Below, piece after piece: positions 53,986 to 64,000 of a stretch of DNA of 64,000 nt. Position 1 is the first letter of the stretch. Every line of letters starts with the position of its first letter. This stretch comes from Candidatus Bipolaricaulota bacterium (lineage in GTDB: Bacteria > Bipolaricaulota > Bipolaricaulia > RBG-16-55-9 > DRXL01). Position numbers and translations under genes: made by a program. The stretch spans positions 13,933 to 77,932 of the forward strand of contig JANXAU010000044.1 of the NCBI GenBank assembly GCA_025061735.1, given 5' to 3'. Under the pieces are notes generated by a model that did no database searches, had not been told where the DNA came from, and was given only the letters and a program-made list of their open reading frames with translations.

Positions 53986-56124
53986 ATGGATCTCGTATAC
54001 GTTTCGGGAGTCGTCAGCCTGCTGACGTTGGGCTGGGTCGGGTACTTGATCGTCCGGGTGCGCTCGTTTGACGAAGGCGAGGAGAAGATCCGCCAGCTCT
54101 CTTCGTACGTGCGCGAGGGCGCGGAGGCCTTCTTGAGAAGGCAGTACTTCGTCGTTGGGATCTTCTTGATCGCGCTCTTTGCGGTGCTGCTGGTGATGGC
54201 GCTGGCGGGACTGCTCAACCCTTGGGCGCCGTGGGCTTTTCTCACCGCGGGGGCTTTTTCGGGGCTCGCGGGCTATCTGGGGATGAAGATCGCCACCGCC
54301 AGCAACGGACGCACCACCACGGCTGCCAAGCAGAGCCTCAACAAAGCGCTGCGGGTTGCGTTTGAGGCCGGCAGCGTGATGGGGTTTTCGGTCGTGGGCT
54401 TGGGCTTGCTCTACATCAGCTTTTGGTTTATCTTGCTCTATCATCTCCAAGTTCCTCTTCCTGAGATCGCTCAGGTGCTCCTGACATCGGCGATGGGAGC
54501 GAGTTCCGTGGCGCTCTTTGCGCGCGTCGGCGGCGGCATCTTCACCAAGGCCGCTGACGTTGGAGCCGATCTCGCCGGTAAGGTCGAAGCGGGCATCCCC
54601 GAAGACGACCCCCGCAACCCCGCGGTCATCGCCGACAACGTTGGCGATAACGTCGGGGACGTCGCGGGCATGGGAGCTGATCTCTATGAGTCCTACGTGG
54701 GCGCGATCATCGCCGCGGCAGCGCTAGGGATTTCGGCGTTTGCAGGCTCGACGCTCATCTGGCAGAGCGTCGCGTACCCGTTACTGATCGCCGCTGTTGG
54801 GATTATCTGCTCTGTAGTGGGGAGCTTCTTGGTGCAAGCCCGCGAGGAAGCTTCCCAAGGCGAACTGCTCACGGCGCTGCGCCGCGGCGTCTATACCAGC
54901 TCGGCCCTCATCGCGATTTTCGCATTTATTCTGACGATCGCGCTCTTTGGATGGCAGTACTGGGGGCTGTACGTCGCGCTGCTTTTGGGGCTGCTGGCGG
55001 GGATCATCATCGGCTTCTCGGCAGAGTATTATACGTCGCAGCAGTACGAGCCGACGCGCCGGATCAGCGCGGCGGCCCAGACGGGGCCGGCTACCGTGAT
55101 CATCGGCGGGCTGGCTACGGGAATGCTCTCCACGGCGATCCCCGTGGTGACGGTCGTCTTGGCGATTGTGTTAGGCTACGTGGCAGCTTCTACCGGCGGC
55201 GGTGAAGCCGTTGGGTTGTTTGGAATCGGCATGGCCGCGGTGGGGATGCTCTCGACGCTGGGGATCACGTTGGCGAGCGATGCCTATGGCCCGGTCGCCG
55301 ATAACGCCGGCGGCATCGCTGAGATGTCGCATCAGAAGCCGGAAGTGCGCAAGCGCACCGACGCGCTCGATGCGCTGGGCAACACCAACGCGGCCGTCGG
55401 CAAGGGCTTTGCGATTGGGTCGGCCGCGCTGACGGCCCTGGCGCTCATCACCAACTATCGCGACCAGATCAAGCAGCAGCTAGAAGCTTTGGGAGGGAAG
55501 GCCGTGGCGGTGCTCAGCGGGCGCGTCACGGTGGACGTCAAACAGATAGATCACGCGCTCTCGCTGGGGGATCCGTATGTGCTCTTGGGGCTGTTTGTGG
55601 GCGGGATGCTGCCCTTCTTGTTCTGCGCGCTGACGATGAGCAGCGTGGGGCGCGCGGCGGGCAAGATCGTCGAGGAAGTACGAAGACAGTTTAGAGAGAT
55701 CCCCGGTTTGCTCGAAGGGCGCGCCAAAGCCGATTATTCCAAAGCCGTTGAGATCAGCACCAAGACGGCCCATCGCGAGATGGTGCTGCCCGCGCTCCTA
55801 GCCATCCTCGCCCCGCTGATCACGGGGATTCTCTTTGGAGCGCCGGCAGTCATGGGCGTCTTGGTGGGCGCGCTCGTCTCGGGGTTTGTGCTGGCGCTCT
55901 TGATGGCCAACTCCGGAGGCGCGTGGGACAATGCCAAAAAGTACATTGAAGAAGGTCACTTCGGCGGCAAGGGCTCGCAACCCCACAAAGCCGCGGTCGT
56001 CGGCGACACCGTGGGCGACCCCTTCAAGGACACCTCGGGGCCGTCGCTCAATATTCTGATCAAGCTGATGTCGATTGTGGCGCTGGTCTTTGTGGGGCTG
56101 GTGATTCGATTCGCGCTCTTTTAA
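53986..56124 (+). CDS. hppA: membrane-bound ion-translocating pyrophosphatase
   Basis: ~16 TM helices and the DNVGDNVGD acidic motifs. Start chosen at MDLVYVS (an alternative is 53962). Confidence 0.9.
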   Translation: MDLVYVSGVVSLLTLGWVGYLIVRVRSFDEGEEKIRQLSSYVREGAEAFLRRQYFVVGIFLIALFAVLLVMALAGLLNPWAPWAFLTAGAFSGLAGYLGMKIATASNGRTTTAAKQSLNKALRVAFEAGSVMGFSVVGLGLLYISFWFILLYHLQVPLPEIAQVLLTSAMGASSVALFARVGGGIFTKAADVGADLAGKVEAGIPEDDPRNPAVIADNVGDNVGDVAGMGADLYESYVGAIIAAAALGISAFAGSTLIWQSVAYPLLIAAVGIICSVVGSFLVQAREEASQGELLTALRRGVYTSSALIAIFAFILTIALFGWQYWGLYVALLLGLLAGIIIGFSAEYYTSQQYEPTRRISAAAQTGPATVIIGGLATGMLSTAIPVVTVVLAIVLGYVAASTGGGEAVGLFGIGMAAVGMLSTLGITLASDAYGPVADNAGGIAEMSHQKPEVRKRTDALDALGNTNAAVGKGFAIGSAALTALALITNYRDQIKQQLEALGGKAVAVLSGRVTVDVKQIDHALSLGDPYVLLGLFVGGMLPFLFCALTMSSVGRAAGKIVEEVRRQFREIPGLLEGRAKADYSKAVEISTKTAHREMVLPALLAILAPLITGILFGAPAVMGVLVGALVSGFVLALLMANSGGAWDNAKKYIEEGHFGGKGSQPHKAAVVGDTVGDPFKDTSGPSLNILIKLMSIVALVFVGLVIRFALF

Positions 56125-57611
56125 ATCTTGAGGATCTGGGGATCGCGCTCGCGCTGCAGGACGATGTGCGCCAGCCATTGGGGGTTCTCTTGGGGGTAGT
56201 CGCGGCGGATATGCACGCCGCGGCTCTCGGTGCGCAGGAGCGCGCTCTGGGCGATGAGGCGCCCCACGAGCGCGGCCTCTCCCATCTCGGTCAGGCGAGC
56301 GAGCGCGTACTCGAGCCCGGCGCGGTCGCGGACAAGGCCGACGTAGCGCGTCATGATCGAGGGCAGGTCTGGGGGAAGCCTCCAAGGGCGTGTCGGGCAA
56401 GACGAGGGCGTGACAGGCCGCAGCGGAGCTGAAGTCTCCAGCGCCGCCTGCACGGCCCGGCGCGCGAAGACCAGACACTCCAAGAGCGAATTGCTCGCGA
56501 GGCGATTGGCCCCGTGCACCCCTGTGCAGGCGACTTCGCCTACGGCATAGAGGTTCTCGATGTTCGTACGGGCGTGAAGATCGGTGCGAACCCCGCCCAG
56601 GGTATAGTGCGCGGCGGGCGCGACCGGGATGAGATCGCGCGTGGGGTCGAGTCCGTGCGTGCTGAGCATCTCCCAGATGTTGGGGAAGCGCTCACGGATC
56701 AAATCTTTGGGGAGATGGCGCAGATCTAGAAAGACGTGATCGGATTGTTCTTGGCGCATCTCCTCGAAGATGGCGCGGGAGACGACGTCGCGGGGGGCCA
56801 GCTCGGCGCGCTCGTCGTAGCGGGGCATGAAGCGCTCATGCTGTGTATTGAGCAGATAGGCGCCTTCTCCCCGGATGGCTTCGGTGATCAGCCAACTGCG
56901 CGTCTGGGGCAGGGCCAGCGCCGTGGGGTGAAACTGCACGAACTCCATGTCCATCAGCTCGGCGCCGGCTCGATAGGCCAGGGCCATGCCGTCTCCGGTG
57001 GCACCCGGGGGGTTGGTCGTGCGCTCGTAGAGCGCCGCGGCGCCCCCGCTGGCCAAGATCGTGGCGCGCGCGCGCAGCACCAGCTCTCGCTCGCCCTGAA
57101 CGGCACACGCCCCTGCGCAACTCCCCTCAGAGACCAACAGCTCGGTTACGTGCGCTCCCTCCTCCAGCTCGATATCGCGATGCTGGGTCACGAGCTGGGA
57201 GAGCCTTTCGACGATCTGTCTTCCGGTAGAGCTGCCACCCGATTGCACAATACGGCGGCGGCTGTGACCGCCCTCGCGCCCCAAGAGATACTCCCGCCCG
57301 GCGCGATCGAAGGGCACGCCCAAGCGTTCCAGGTCGCGCACGCAGTCGGGGCCTTCGCTCACCAAGACCGCGACGGCTTGAGGGTCACAAAGCCCATGCC
57401 CGGCGCGCAGCGTGTCTTCCAGATGCAGTTGGGGCGAGTCGTGCTCCTCCACCGCCGCGGCGATGCCCCCCTGCGCCCACGCGGAATTCGTATCCGAGAG
57501 CGAGGTCTTGGTCAGGAGCCGCACCCGGCCGTGCTCGCCGGCCAAGAGCGCCGCATATAGCCCCGCGATGCCCGCACCGATCACCAGAAAGTCGCTATCT
57601 TTGCAATCCAT
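56121..57611 (-). CDS. nadB: L-aspartate oxidase (succinate dehydrogenase/fumarate reductase flavoprotein family)
   Basis: FAD motif VIGAGIAGL and a family core. Its 496-aa size favours NadB over SdhA. Confidence 0.7.
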   Translation of the reverse strand: MDCKDSDFLVIGAGIAGLYAALLAGEHGRVRLLTKTSLSDTNSAWAQGGIAAAVEEHDSPQLHLEDTLRAGHGLCDPQAVAVLVSEGPDCVRDLERLGVPFDRAGREYLLGREGGHSRRRIVQSGGSSTGRQIVERLSQLVTQHRDIELEEGAHVTELLVSEGSCAGACAVQGERELVLRARATILASGGAAALYERTTNPPGATGDGMALAYRAGAELMDMEFVQFHPTALALPQTRSWLITEAIRGEGAYLLNTQHERFMPRYDERAELAPRDVVSRAIFEEMRQEQSDHVFLDLRHLPKDLIRERFPNIWEMLSTHGLDPTRDLIPVAPAAHYTLGGVRTDLHARTNIENLYAVGEVACTGVHGANRLASNSLLECLVFARRAVQAALETSAPLRPVTPSSCPTRPWRLPPDLPSIMTRYVGLVRDRAGLEYALARLTEMGEAALVGRLIAQSALLRTESRGVHIRRDYPQENPQWLAHIVLQRERDPQILKI

Positions 57612-57686
57612 CGGTGATTGCGATTATACCGGGATTTTCTCGGCCCGCAAGTTGCAGAGGGCACGAATTTCGATTATTAATGAGCT

Positions 57687-58787
57687 ATGGACAGAGTCCT
57701 GGCCAAGCTGGAGGAGTTGGCGCGGCAGCATCGGCGCTTAGAAGAAGAATTGAGCCGTCCAGAGACGGTACAGCGCCCCGATTACGCCAAGCTCTCTCAA
57801 GAGTACGCCAAGCTCAAGCGCCCCGTGGAGATCTACGAGCGCCTGGTGGCGTTGGAGCGCACGGTGCGCGAAGCCCAAGAGCTGCTAAACAGCGAGGGCG
57901 AGTTGCGGGTGCTGGCTCGGGAGGAGCTGGAGCGCGCCGAGGGCGAGCGCGCTAAGCTTTTAGAAGAAGCGCGTCTGCTGCTGGTTCCCGAAGACCCGCG
58001 CGATGAGGGCGATGCCATCGTAGAGATCCGCGCCGGGGCTGGGGGCGATGAGTCGGCGCTCTTCGCGGCCGATCTGTTCCGTATGTACCGAAAGTACGCG
58101 GAGTCTCAGGGCCTGCGGGTGGAGGTCTTGGATGCCCATCCCACCCCCTTGGGAGGATTCAAACAGATTGCTTTTGAGGTCGCCGGGGCGGGGGCCTATG
58201 GGCGGTTCAAGTTTGAGAGCGGGGTTCATCGCGTGCAGCGCGTGCCGGAGACCGAAGCCCAAGGGAGAGTCCACACCAGCACCGCGACGGTGGCCGTCCT
58301 GCCCGAGACGACCACCGTGCAGGTGCAAATCCGCGATGAAGATCTGGAGATAGATACGTTTCGCTCTGGGGGGCCGGGAGGGCAGAACGTCAACAAGTTG
58401 GAGACCGCCGTGAGGATCGTGCACAAGCCGACCGGCTTGGTCGTGACGTGTCAGGAGGAGCGCAGCCAGCACAAGAACAAAGAGAAGGCGCTCAAGCTGC
58501 TGCGAGCGCGGCTTCAGGAGCGCTACGAAGCCGAACAGCAGCAGCAGATCACGCAGCAGCGCCGCATCCAGATCGGCACGGCGGCGCGCAGCGAGAAGAT
58601 CCGCACCTACAACTTCCCTCAAAATCGCGTCACCGATCATCGCATCGACCTGACGCTCTATCAGTTGGATCGCATTCTGGAGGGCGATTTGGAAGGGTTG
58701 GTGAGTGCCTTGCAGAGAGCCTATCGCGAGCAGCAGCTCGCCGAGTTAGAAGAGTCGTGGCTGGTGAAGAATCCCGATCTCCCCTAG
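57687..58787 (+). CDS. prfA: peptide chain release factor 1
   Basis: GGQ motif and the PET (PxT) codon-recognition tripeptide, with no SPF. Confidence 0.9.
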   Translation: MDRVLAKLEELARQHRRLEEELSRPETVQRPDYAKLSQEYAKLKRPVEIYERLVALERTVREAQELLNSEGELRVLAREELERAEGERAKLLEEARLLLVPEDPRDEGDAIVEIRAGAGGDESALFAADLFRMYRKYAESQGLRVEVLDAHPTPLGGFKQIAFEVAGAGAYGRFKFESGVHRVQRVPETEAQGRVHTSTATVAVLPETTTVQVQIRDEDLEIDTFRSGGPGGQNVNKLETAVRIVHKPTGLVVTCQEERSQHKNKEKALKLLRARLQERYEAEQQQQITQQRRIQIGTAARSEKIRTYNFPQNRVTDHRIDLTLYQLDRILEGDLEGLVSALQRAYREQQLAELEESWLVKNPDLP

Positions 58788-58835
58788 CCTTGGGCTTTCT
58801 GCTATAATTATTTTAGAAGGAGGGGCGGAGCACCG

Positions 58836-59737
<902 letters not shown>

Positions 59738-59741
<4 letters not shown>

Positions 59742-60706
59742 TCTACGAAGAGCTGGAGCGCCAGATCGAGCAGTTGCGCGCCCTGAGCCGCAACGGGGTG
59801 GATCTCTCGGAGGAGATCGAGCGGCTTGAAGCGAAGCTTGAGGCCCTCAAGAAGCAGATAGCGGCTCCGGCTTCCAGCCCCGCGCCCTCTGTGGAGCTGG
59901 ACGACTGGGAGCGCGTCAAGCTCGCGCGCCATCCCAAGCGCCCCTATGCGCTCGACTATATCCAAGCGCTGACCGAAGATTTCTACGAGCTGCACGGGGA
60001 TCGTCTCTACGGGGACGACGCGGCGGTCGTCGCGGGGATCGCGCGCTTTGACGGCCAGACCGTAGTCATCGTGGGCACGCAGAAGGGGAGAGACGCCACA
60101 GAGAACGTGAAGCGTAACTTTGGGATGCCTCATCCGGAGGGCTATCGCAAGGCGCTCCGAGTGATGAAGCTCGGCGAGCGCTTTGGATTTCCCATCTTGA
60201 CACTGATTGACACTCCCGGCGCCTACCCCGGGGTAGGCGCGGAGGAGCGCAACATTGGAGGCGCGCTCGCTCAGAATATCTATGAGATGTTAAGCTTGAA
60301 GGTCCCCATCGTCGCGACGATCATTGGCGAAGGGGGCAGCGGCGGTGCGCTGGCGCTGGCGATTGGCGATCGGGTCTTGATGCTGGAAAACGCGACCTAT
60401 TCGGTGATCACGCCCGAGGGCTGCGCGGCGATCCTCTTCCGCGATGCGACCAAGGCCCCGGAGGCCGCGCGCGCCCTCAAGCTTACGGCGCCGCATCTGT
60501 TAAGATTGGGCGTGATTGACGAGATCGTTCCCGAACCGCCCGGCGGTGCCCATCTCGATCCGGAGATGACCATGAGGGCGCTCCGCGGCGCGTGGCAGCG
60601 GCACCTGCGCGAGCTGCTCGCCCTGCCCGCCGAGCTGCTGCCCCCGCAGCGCCGGGAGAAGTTCCAAAAGATCGGGGTCTACGAAGAGATCGCGGAATTA
60701 TCTTGA
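59738..60706 (+). CDS. accA: acetyl-CoA carboxylase carboxyltransferase alpha subunit
   Basis: ATGA overlap with accD; conserved AccA core (…ARHPKRPY…TPGAYPG…). Confidence 0.9.
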
Positions 60707-60723
60707 AAAAAGGAGGCGCAGAG

Positions 60724-61452
60724 ATGGCACGATCGGATCATCCGGCAGATTGCCGCGGCGAGTGTTCGTGGATCTTCTCGGACTTGAGCGAGCGGGGCAA
60801 GCAAGAGCTGCGTGCCATGGCGCGCCCCATCTCCTATGGCAAGAACGAGCTGATCTTCCAAGAGGGCGAACCGGCCTTTGGGTTCTATATCATCTGCAAG
60901 GGCAAAGTGAAGCTGGCCAAGCACACCCCGCAAGGAAAGAAACAGATTCTCAAGCTCTTGGGGCCCGGCGAGATGCTCGGCGAAAAATCGATGTTCGACC
61001 GTGAAGTCTACACAGCGTATGCGGAGACGCTGGAAGAGGCGCGCTTGAACTTCTACGCCCGCGAGCCGTTCTTGGCGTTTCTGGAAAGATACCCCAAGGT
61101 GGCGCTCAAGATCATCGAAAAGCTCTCGCGCGAGATCAAAGCCTTCCAAGATCGGTTGGTCGAAGCGAGCTACGAGGGGAGCAACGAGCGGCTCGCTCGG
61201 ATTCTCTTGATGATCGCTCAAGTCTACGGCGAGCCGACGGAGAAGGGCGTCTATATTGGGATAGATCTCTCGCGGTCGGAGCTGGCCGAGCTAGCGGGCA
61301 TCTCCACCGAGACGGCCATCCGCACGCTGAGCCATTTTAAAGAGCGCAGCTACGTCGAACTCGAAGGCCCCAGGATCTACATCCGCAACAAGGAGAAACT
61401 CAACGAACTGGCTCAGCCGTTTGAGATCAAGCTCAAAGAGAATCTGATCTAG
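60724..61452 (+). CDS. Crp/Fnr-family transcriptional regulator
   Basis: AAGGAGG Shine-Dalgarno, cNMP-binding domain, C-terminal helix-turn-helix (SRSELAELAGISTETAIRTL), and an N-terminal CRGEC Cys pair. Confidence 0.8.
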   Translation: MARSDHPADCRGECSWIFSDLSERGKQELRAMARPISYGKNELIFQEGEPAFGFYIICKGKVKLAKHTPQGKKQILKLLGPGEMLGEKSMFDREVYTAYAETLEEARLNFYAREPFLAFLERYPKVALKIIEKLSREIKAFQDRLVEASYEGSNERLARILLMIAQVYGEPTEKGVYIGIDLSRSELAELAGISTETAIRTLSHFKERSYVELEGPRIYIRNKEKLNELAQPFEIKLKENLI

Positions 61453-62738
61453 CTCTTGCAGAGCGCCACGATCTGATCGCGCAGCTCCTCGGGGAAGCAG
61501 AGGCGGTCTTGGACGTAGGTCTTGTTGCGCACCGCGCGGATGACGTCCGAGGCTTGAGAGAGTTCCACCAGAGCACCGTCGCTGTCCACCAGAAAGATAT
61601 TTTCGCCGGCCAGCAGCCCTTTGAGGAAGTAGCTCTCTTTGTAGGGGTCATCGGCGACGCGGTCGAGCGCCAAGTAATATCGAGGGTCGAAGCCGGCGGC
61701 GCGGGCGAGCTGAGCGAGCTTATCTGCGTGTTCGCGATACTGGGATTCGTCCAGGTCGAGCGTCTTGAAGAGCCGTCGCTGCTGAAAGCGCTGGGCCAGA
61801 TCTGAGAGAATCGGATCGGGAGCGGCGCACCACTCTTTCACGGCGAAGAGCACCACGGTGTCGTCGAGGGCCAGATGATCGTCAAGCGAGAGTTCGGCGG
61901 GGCGGAGGAGGAGCTTGCGCAGGGGGGGCGTCATGGGGAGATCGTGGCCGGCCCGCAGGAGATCCGCGGCGCGTTGAAGGGTCTTGCGCATTAAGACATC
62001 AGCAGCACGCGCTGTCTTGTGATGATAGACTTGTTGGTACATATAATAGCGCGCCAAGACGTAGCCCTCAGCGGCGTGTAGCCCCTTGCGCCGGTCAATC
62101 GCCAGTTCCCAGTCGTCGTTCTCTTGGACCAATCTCAAGCTGTGGATGAGCCAGTTCACGTCGAAATAGCCATACGTGACGCCGGTGCAGAGGCTGTCGC
62201 GCACGAGATACTCCATGCGATCCACGTCGAGTTGGCTGGAGAGCAGCTTGACGGCGAAGGCGGGCTTGAAGGTGCGATTGAAGAGCTGAGCGATCTGTTC
62301 GGGGTAGCGGGGGTTGGCTTCTGTCAAGACGCGATGGAGATGGGTTTGAGGGTGGCGGACGAGGCGCACCGTCCAGGTCTCGTGGGGGATTTGGGTGAAG
62401 TCTTCGAGAAGGTGGGAGAACGGGAGGTGGCCCACGTCGTGTAAAAGGGCGGCGGCCAGGAGCAATTGGCGGTGTTCCGTGAGCGTTTGGGCCAGAGACG
62501 GGGACGGGGCTAACTCTAACAGATGATCCACGACGCGCTTCATCAAGAACGCCGTGCCGAGCGCGTGGGAGAAGCGCGAGTGGGTCGCGCTGGGATAGAC
62601 CATCGAGCCAGTGCCCAACTGTCGAATATGGCGCAGGCGCTGCACGTGGGGCGTGTCGATCAATCGGAGCACGAGCGCGTCCTCAACGCGATCGAATCGG
62701 ATGAGATCGTGCACGGGGTCGCGAAAGACTTTGTCCAT
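61449..62738 (-). CDS. HD-domain phosphohydrolase of the dGTP triphosphohydrolase-like family
   Basis: HSRFSHALG … LLHDVGHLPFSH HD motifs; 429 aa. Confidence 0.75.
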   Translation of the reverse strand: MDKVFRDPVHDLIRFDRVEDALVLRLIDTPHVQRLRHIRQLGTGSMVYPSATHSRFSHALGTAFLMKRVVDHLLELAPSPSLAQTLTEHRQLLLAAALLHDVGHLPFSHLLEDFTQIPHETWTVRLVRHPQTHLHRVLTEANPRYPEQIAQLFNRTFKPAFAVKLLSSQLDVDRMEYLVRDSLCTGVTYGYFDVNWLIHSLRLVQENDDWELAIDRRKGLHAAEGYVLARYYMYQQVYHHKTARAADVLMRKTLQRAADLLRAGHDLPMTPPLRKLLLRPAELSLDDHLALDDTVVLFAVKEWCAAPDPILSDLAQRFQQRRLFKTLDLDESQYREHADKLAQLARAAGFDPRYYLALDRVADDPYKESYFLKGLLAGENIFLVDSDGALVELSQASDVIRAVRNKTYVQDRLCFPEELRDQIVALCKS

Positions 62739-62827
62739 AGTTAAATTGTAAACAAGACGATGAAGAAAGACAACACGATATTTGCGTCACGGCATCTGCG
62801 ATCTTAGAATAGTTATAGAGTTGGGAG

Positions 62828-63199
62828 TTGTTTATGAAAGTTGGAGCAGAAGAATTAGCGATGTATCGTGCTACCGTACAGGATCGTCGCGAGCGAGCCA
62901 AGCGTGCATTAGACCGCCGTCAAGCCCGCGCTCAAGAGATTGCTCACCAAGCGGCTCGGCTTTTGAAAGAGCAATTTGGAGCGACTCGTGTCGTTCTCTT
63001 TGGTTCGCTAGCGCGTGGTGCGTTTACCCTTTGGTCGGATGTGGATCTGGCCGTCTGGGGACTCCGGCCTGAAGAGACGTTTCGCGCCGTGCAGGCCGTC
63101 TTGGGCCTCGATGCCGAGATCAAGATCAACTTGGTGGACATCGAGGTGTGTCGTCCGGCGTTGCGAGCCGCTATCGAGAGAGAGGGCAGGGAATTGTGA
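62828..63199 (+). CDS. minimal nucleotidyltransferase (MNT-type, pol-beta fold)
   Basis: VVLFGSLARGAFTLWSDVDLAV is the GS…DxD NTase motif; 123 aa. Confidence 0.75.
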   Translation: MFMKVGAEELAMYRATVQDRRERAKRALDRRQARAQEIAHQAARLLKEQFGATRVVLFGSLARGAFTLWSDVDLAVWGLRPEETFRAVQAVLGLDAEIKINLVDIEVCRPALRAAIEREGREL

Positions 63200-63681
63200 G
63201 CGAATCCTATCGAGTCGTGGCAGGCCGGATTCGCCGTGAGCTGAGCGATCTGGAACGCGTAGTCAGTCGCGCAGAGCGAGCCTTGGCCACTGCTCGCCAA
63301 GATCCAGAACGCCAAGATCTCTATCTCGATTCCGCTGCGCTCAATCTTCATGACTTCTATGCAGGTCTGGAACGGCTTTTTGCTCTTATCGCTTCTTCGA
63401 TTGAGGGAAGCCTTCCCACAGGGCATGACTGGCATCGCGAGTTGCTCCGCCAGATGACCTCCCCAGTGCCCCAAATCCGCCCTGCCGTTCTATCCCCTGA
63501 AGTGAGCAAAGAGCTAGAAGAATATCTGGGCTTTCGCCATGTGGTGCGCAATATTTACGCGTTTGAGTTTGATCTAGAGCGGATTGCGCGACTCGTTCAG
63601 CGCCTACGGTCGGTCTTTGAGCGAGTGCAGACGGAGCTTCTGGCTTTTGCTGATCTACTAGAACAAATCGCCCAAAGCTGA
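63196..63681 (+). CDS. partner of the MNT: HEPN-like/HI0074-like all-alpha protein (putative toxin component)
   Basis: GTG start overlapping the MNT stop (GTGA). All-helical with an R…H-containing segment (GFRHVVRNIY). A canonical Rx4-6H is not obvious. Confidence 0.5.
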   Translation: MSESYRVVAGRIRRELSDLERVVSRAERALATARQDPERQDLYLDSAALNLHDFYAGLERLFALIASSIEGSLPTGHDWHRELLRQMTSPVPQIRPAVLSPEVSKELEEYLGFRHVVRNIYAFEFDLERIARLVQRLRSVFERVQTELLAFADLLEQIAQS

Positions 63682-63687
63682 GCAATT

Positions 63688-64000
63688 TCATCTTCTTCCG
63701 AATTTCTTCTCTAGCTCGGCAAGCGAATAGGCCAACAGAATGGGACGCCCATGCGGACAGTAGTAGGGGTTCTTCGTGGCTTTGAGCTGGCGCACGAGAG
63801 ACTCCATCTCCGGGAGCGTCAACGGCTTGTTCTTGACGACAGCGCTCTCGCAGGCGACGCGCGCGGCTAGAGTCTTGGCGAACTCTTCTAGCGTCGGTGT
63901 GCGCTCTTGTTCCAGCAGCGCGAGCAGATGCTCGAGGGTCGTCTGAAAGTCGGTCTTGCTCCAGTCGCTTGTTAGCACCTGCGGCCACTCGCGGATCACA
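63688..64000 (-). CDS. mutL: DNA mismatch repair protein MutL, C-terminal dimerisation/endonuclease region only; the gene continues past the right edge
   Basis: C-terminal CPHGRP motif and FGRR end; the ORF is open to the window edge. Confidence 0.7.
   Translation of the reverse strand, partial: VIREWPQVLTSDWSKTDFQTTLEHLLALLEQERTPTLEEFAKTLAARVACESAVVKNKPLTLPEMESLVRQLKATKNPYYCPHGRPILLAYSLAELEKKFGRR

Noticed and set aside
53820-54245. 141-aa minus-strand ORF spanning tRNA-Lys and the hppA start.
   Set aside because: It overlaps a well-formed tRNA and the 5' end of hppA. The region is better explained by the tRNA, the TTGCAG-18-TATAAT promoter and hppA.
61449-62738. HD-domain dGTPase-like protein as an anti-phage dNTP-depletion defence gene.
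   Set aside because: The motifs and size fit the ubiquitous housekeeping Dgt-like dNTP triphosphohydrolase. Nothing but the neighbouring MNT pair suggests a defence island, so it was left as a housekeeping call.

Overview
A 64 kb, high-GC (~62%) stretch of bacterial chromosome, mostly core and densely packed on both strands. I call three tRNA genes: Arg with an anticodon that reads GCG, Met-CAT and Lys-TTT. About 75 CDSs are supportable, many joined by 4-nt ATGA/GTGA overlaps. Recognisable blocks are listed below.

- Mobile-element edge: a tyrosine-recombinase N-terminal fragment at the left edge, beside tRNA-Arg.
- Small accessory insert: two-domain GNAT, C45/AAT-family Ntn acyltransferase, MscL, and a small-ORF plus nucleotidyltransferase pair.
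- DSB-repair operon: archaeal-style mre11-rad50-nurA with no herA in the window, translationally coupled to moaB-mobA.
- Pyruvate/2-oxoacid:ferredoxin oxidoreductase operon (porG, delta fusion, porA, porB), in which the delta ferredoxin subunit is fused to a GltD-like NAD(P)H flavoprotein.
- Membrane and envelope genes: yidC-jag, the system II cytochrome c biogenesis genes resA-resB-ccsA, an asp23-amaP-DUF2273-nusB-efp cluster, tatC, and an Lhr-type helicase.
- Core metabolism and stress genes: tgt and gdh, and a moxR-DUF58-batA-VWA (Bat-like) operon.
- Translation and central metabolism: rnhA, gpmI, dtd and rpmF.
- Lipid synthesis and regulation: hppA, nadB, prfA, accD-accA and a Crp-family regulator.
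- Edge partner pairs: an MNT/HEPN-like pair and the 3' end of mutL.

Non-genic structure I could see directly includes three or four copies of a ~40-bp GC-rich hairpin repeat (two lie inside ORFs), several sigma70-like promoters sitting almost at start codons, GC hairpins without U-tracts between convergent genes, and one classical terminator after dtd. I found no CRISPR array, rRNA or reverse transcriptase. My best candidates for something new are the GltD-PorD fusion inside the POR operon, the herA-less mre11-rad50-nurA operon, the small-ORF/nucleotidyltransferase module, and the hairpin repeat family.
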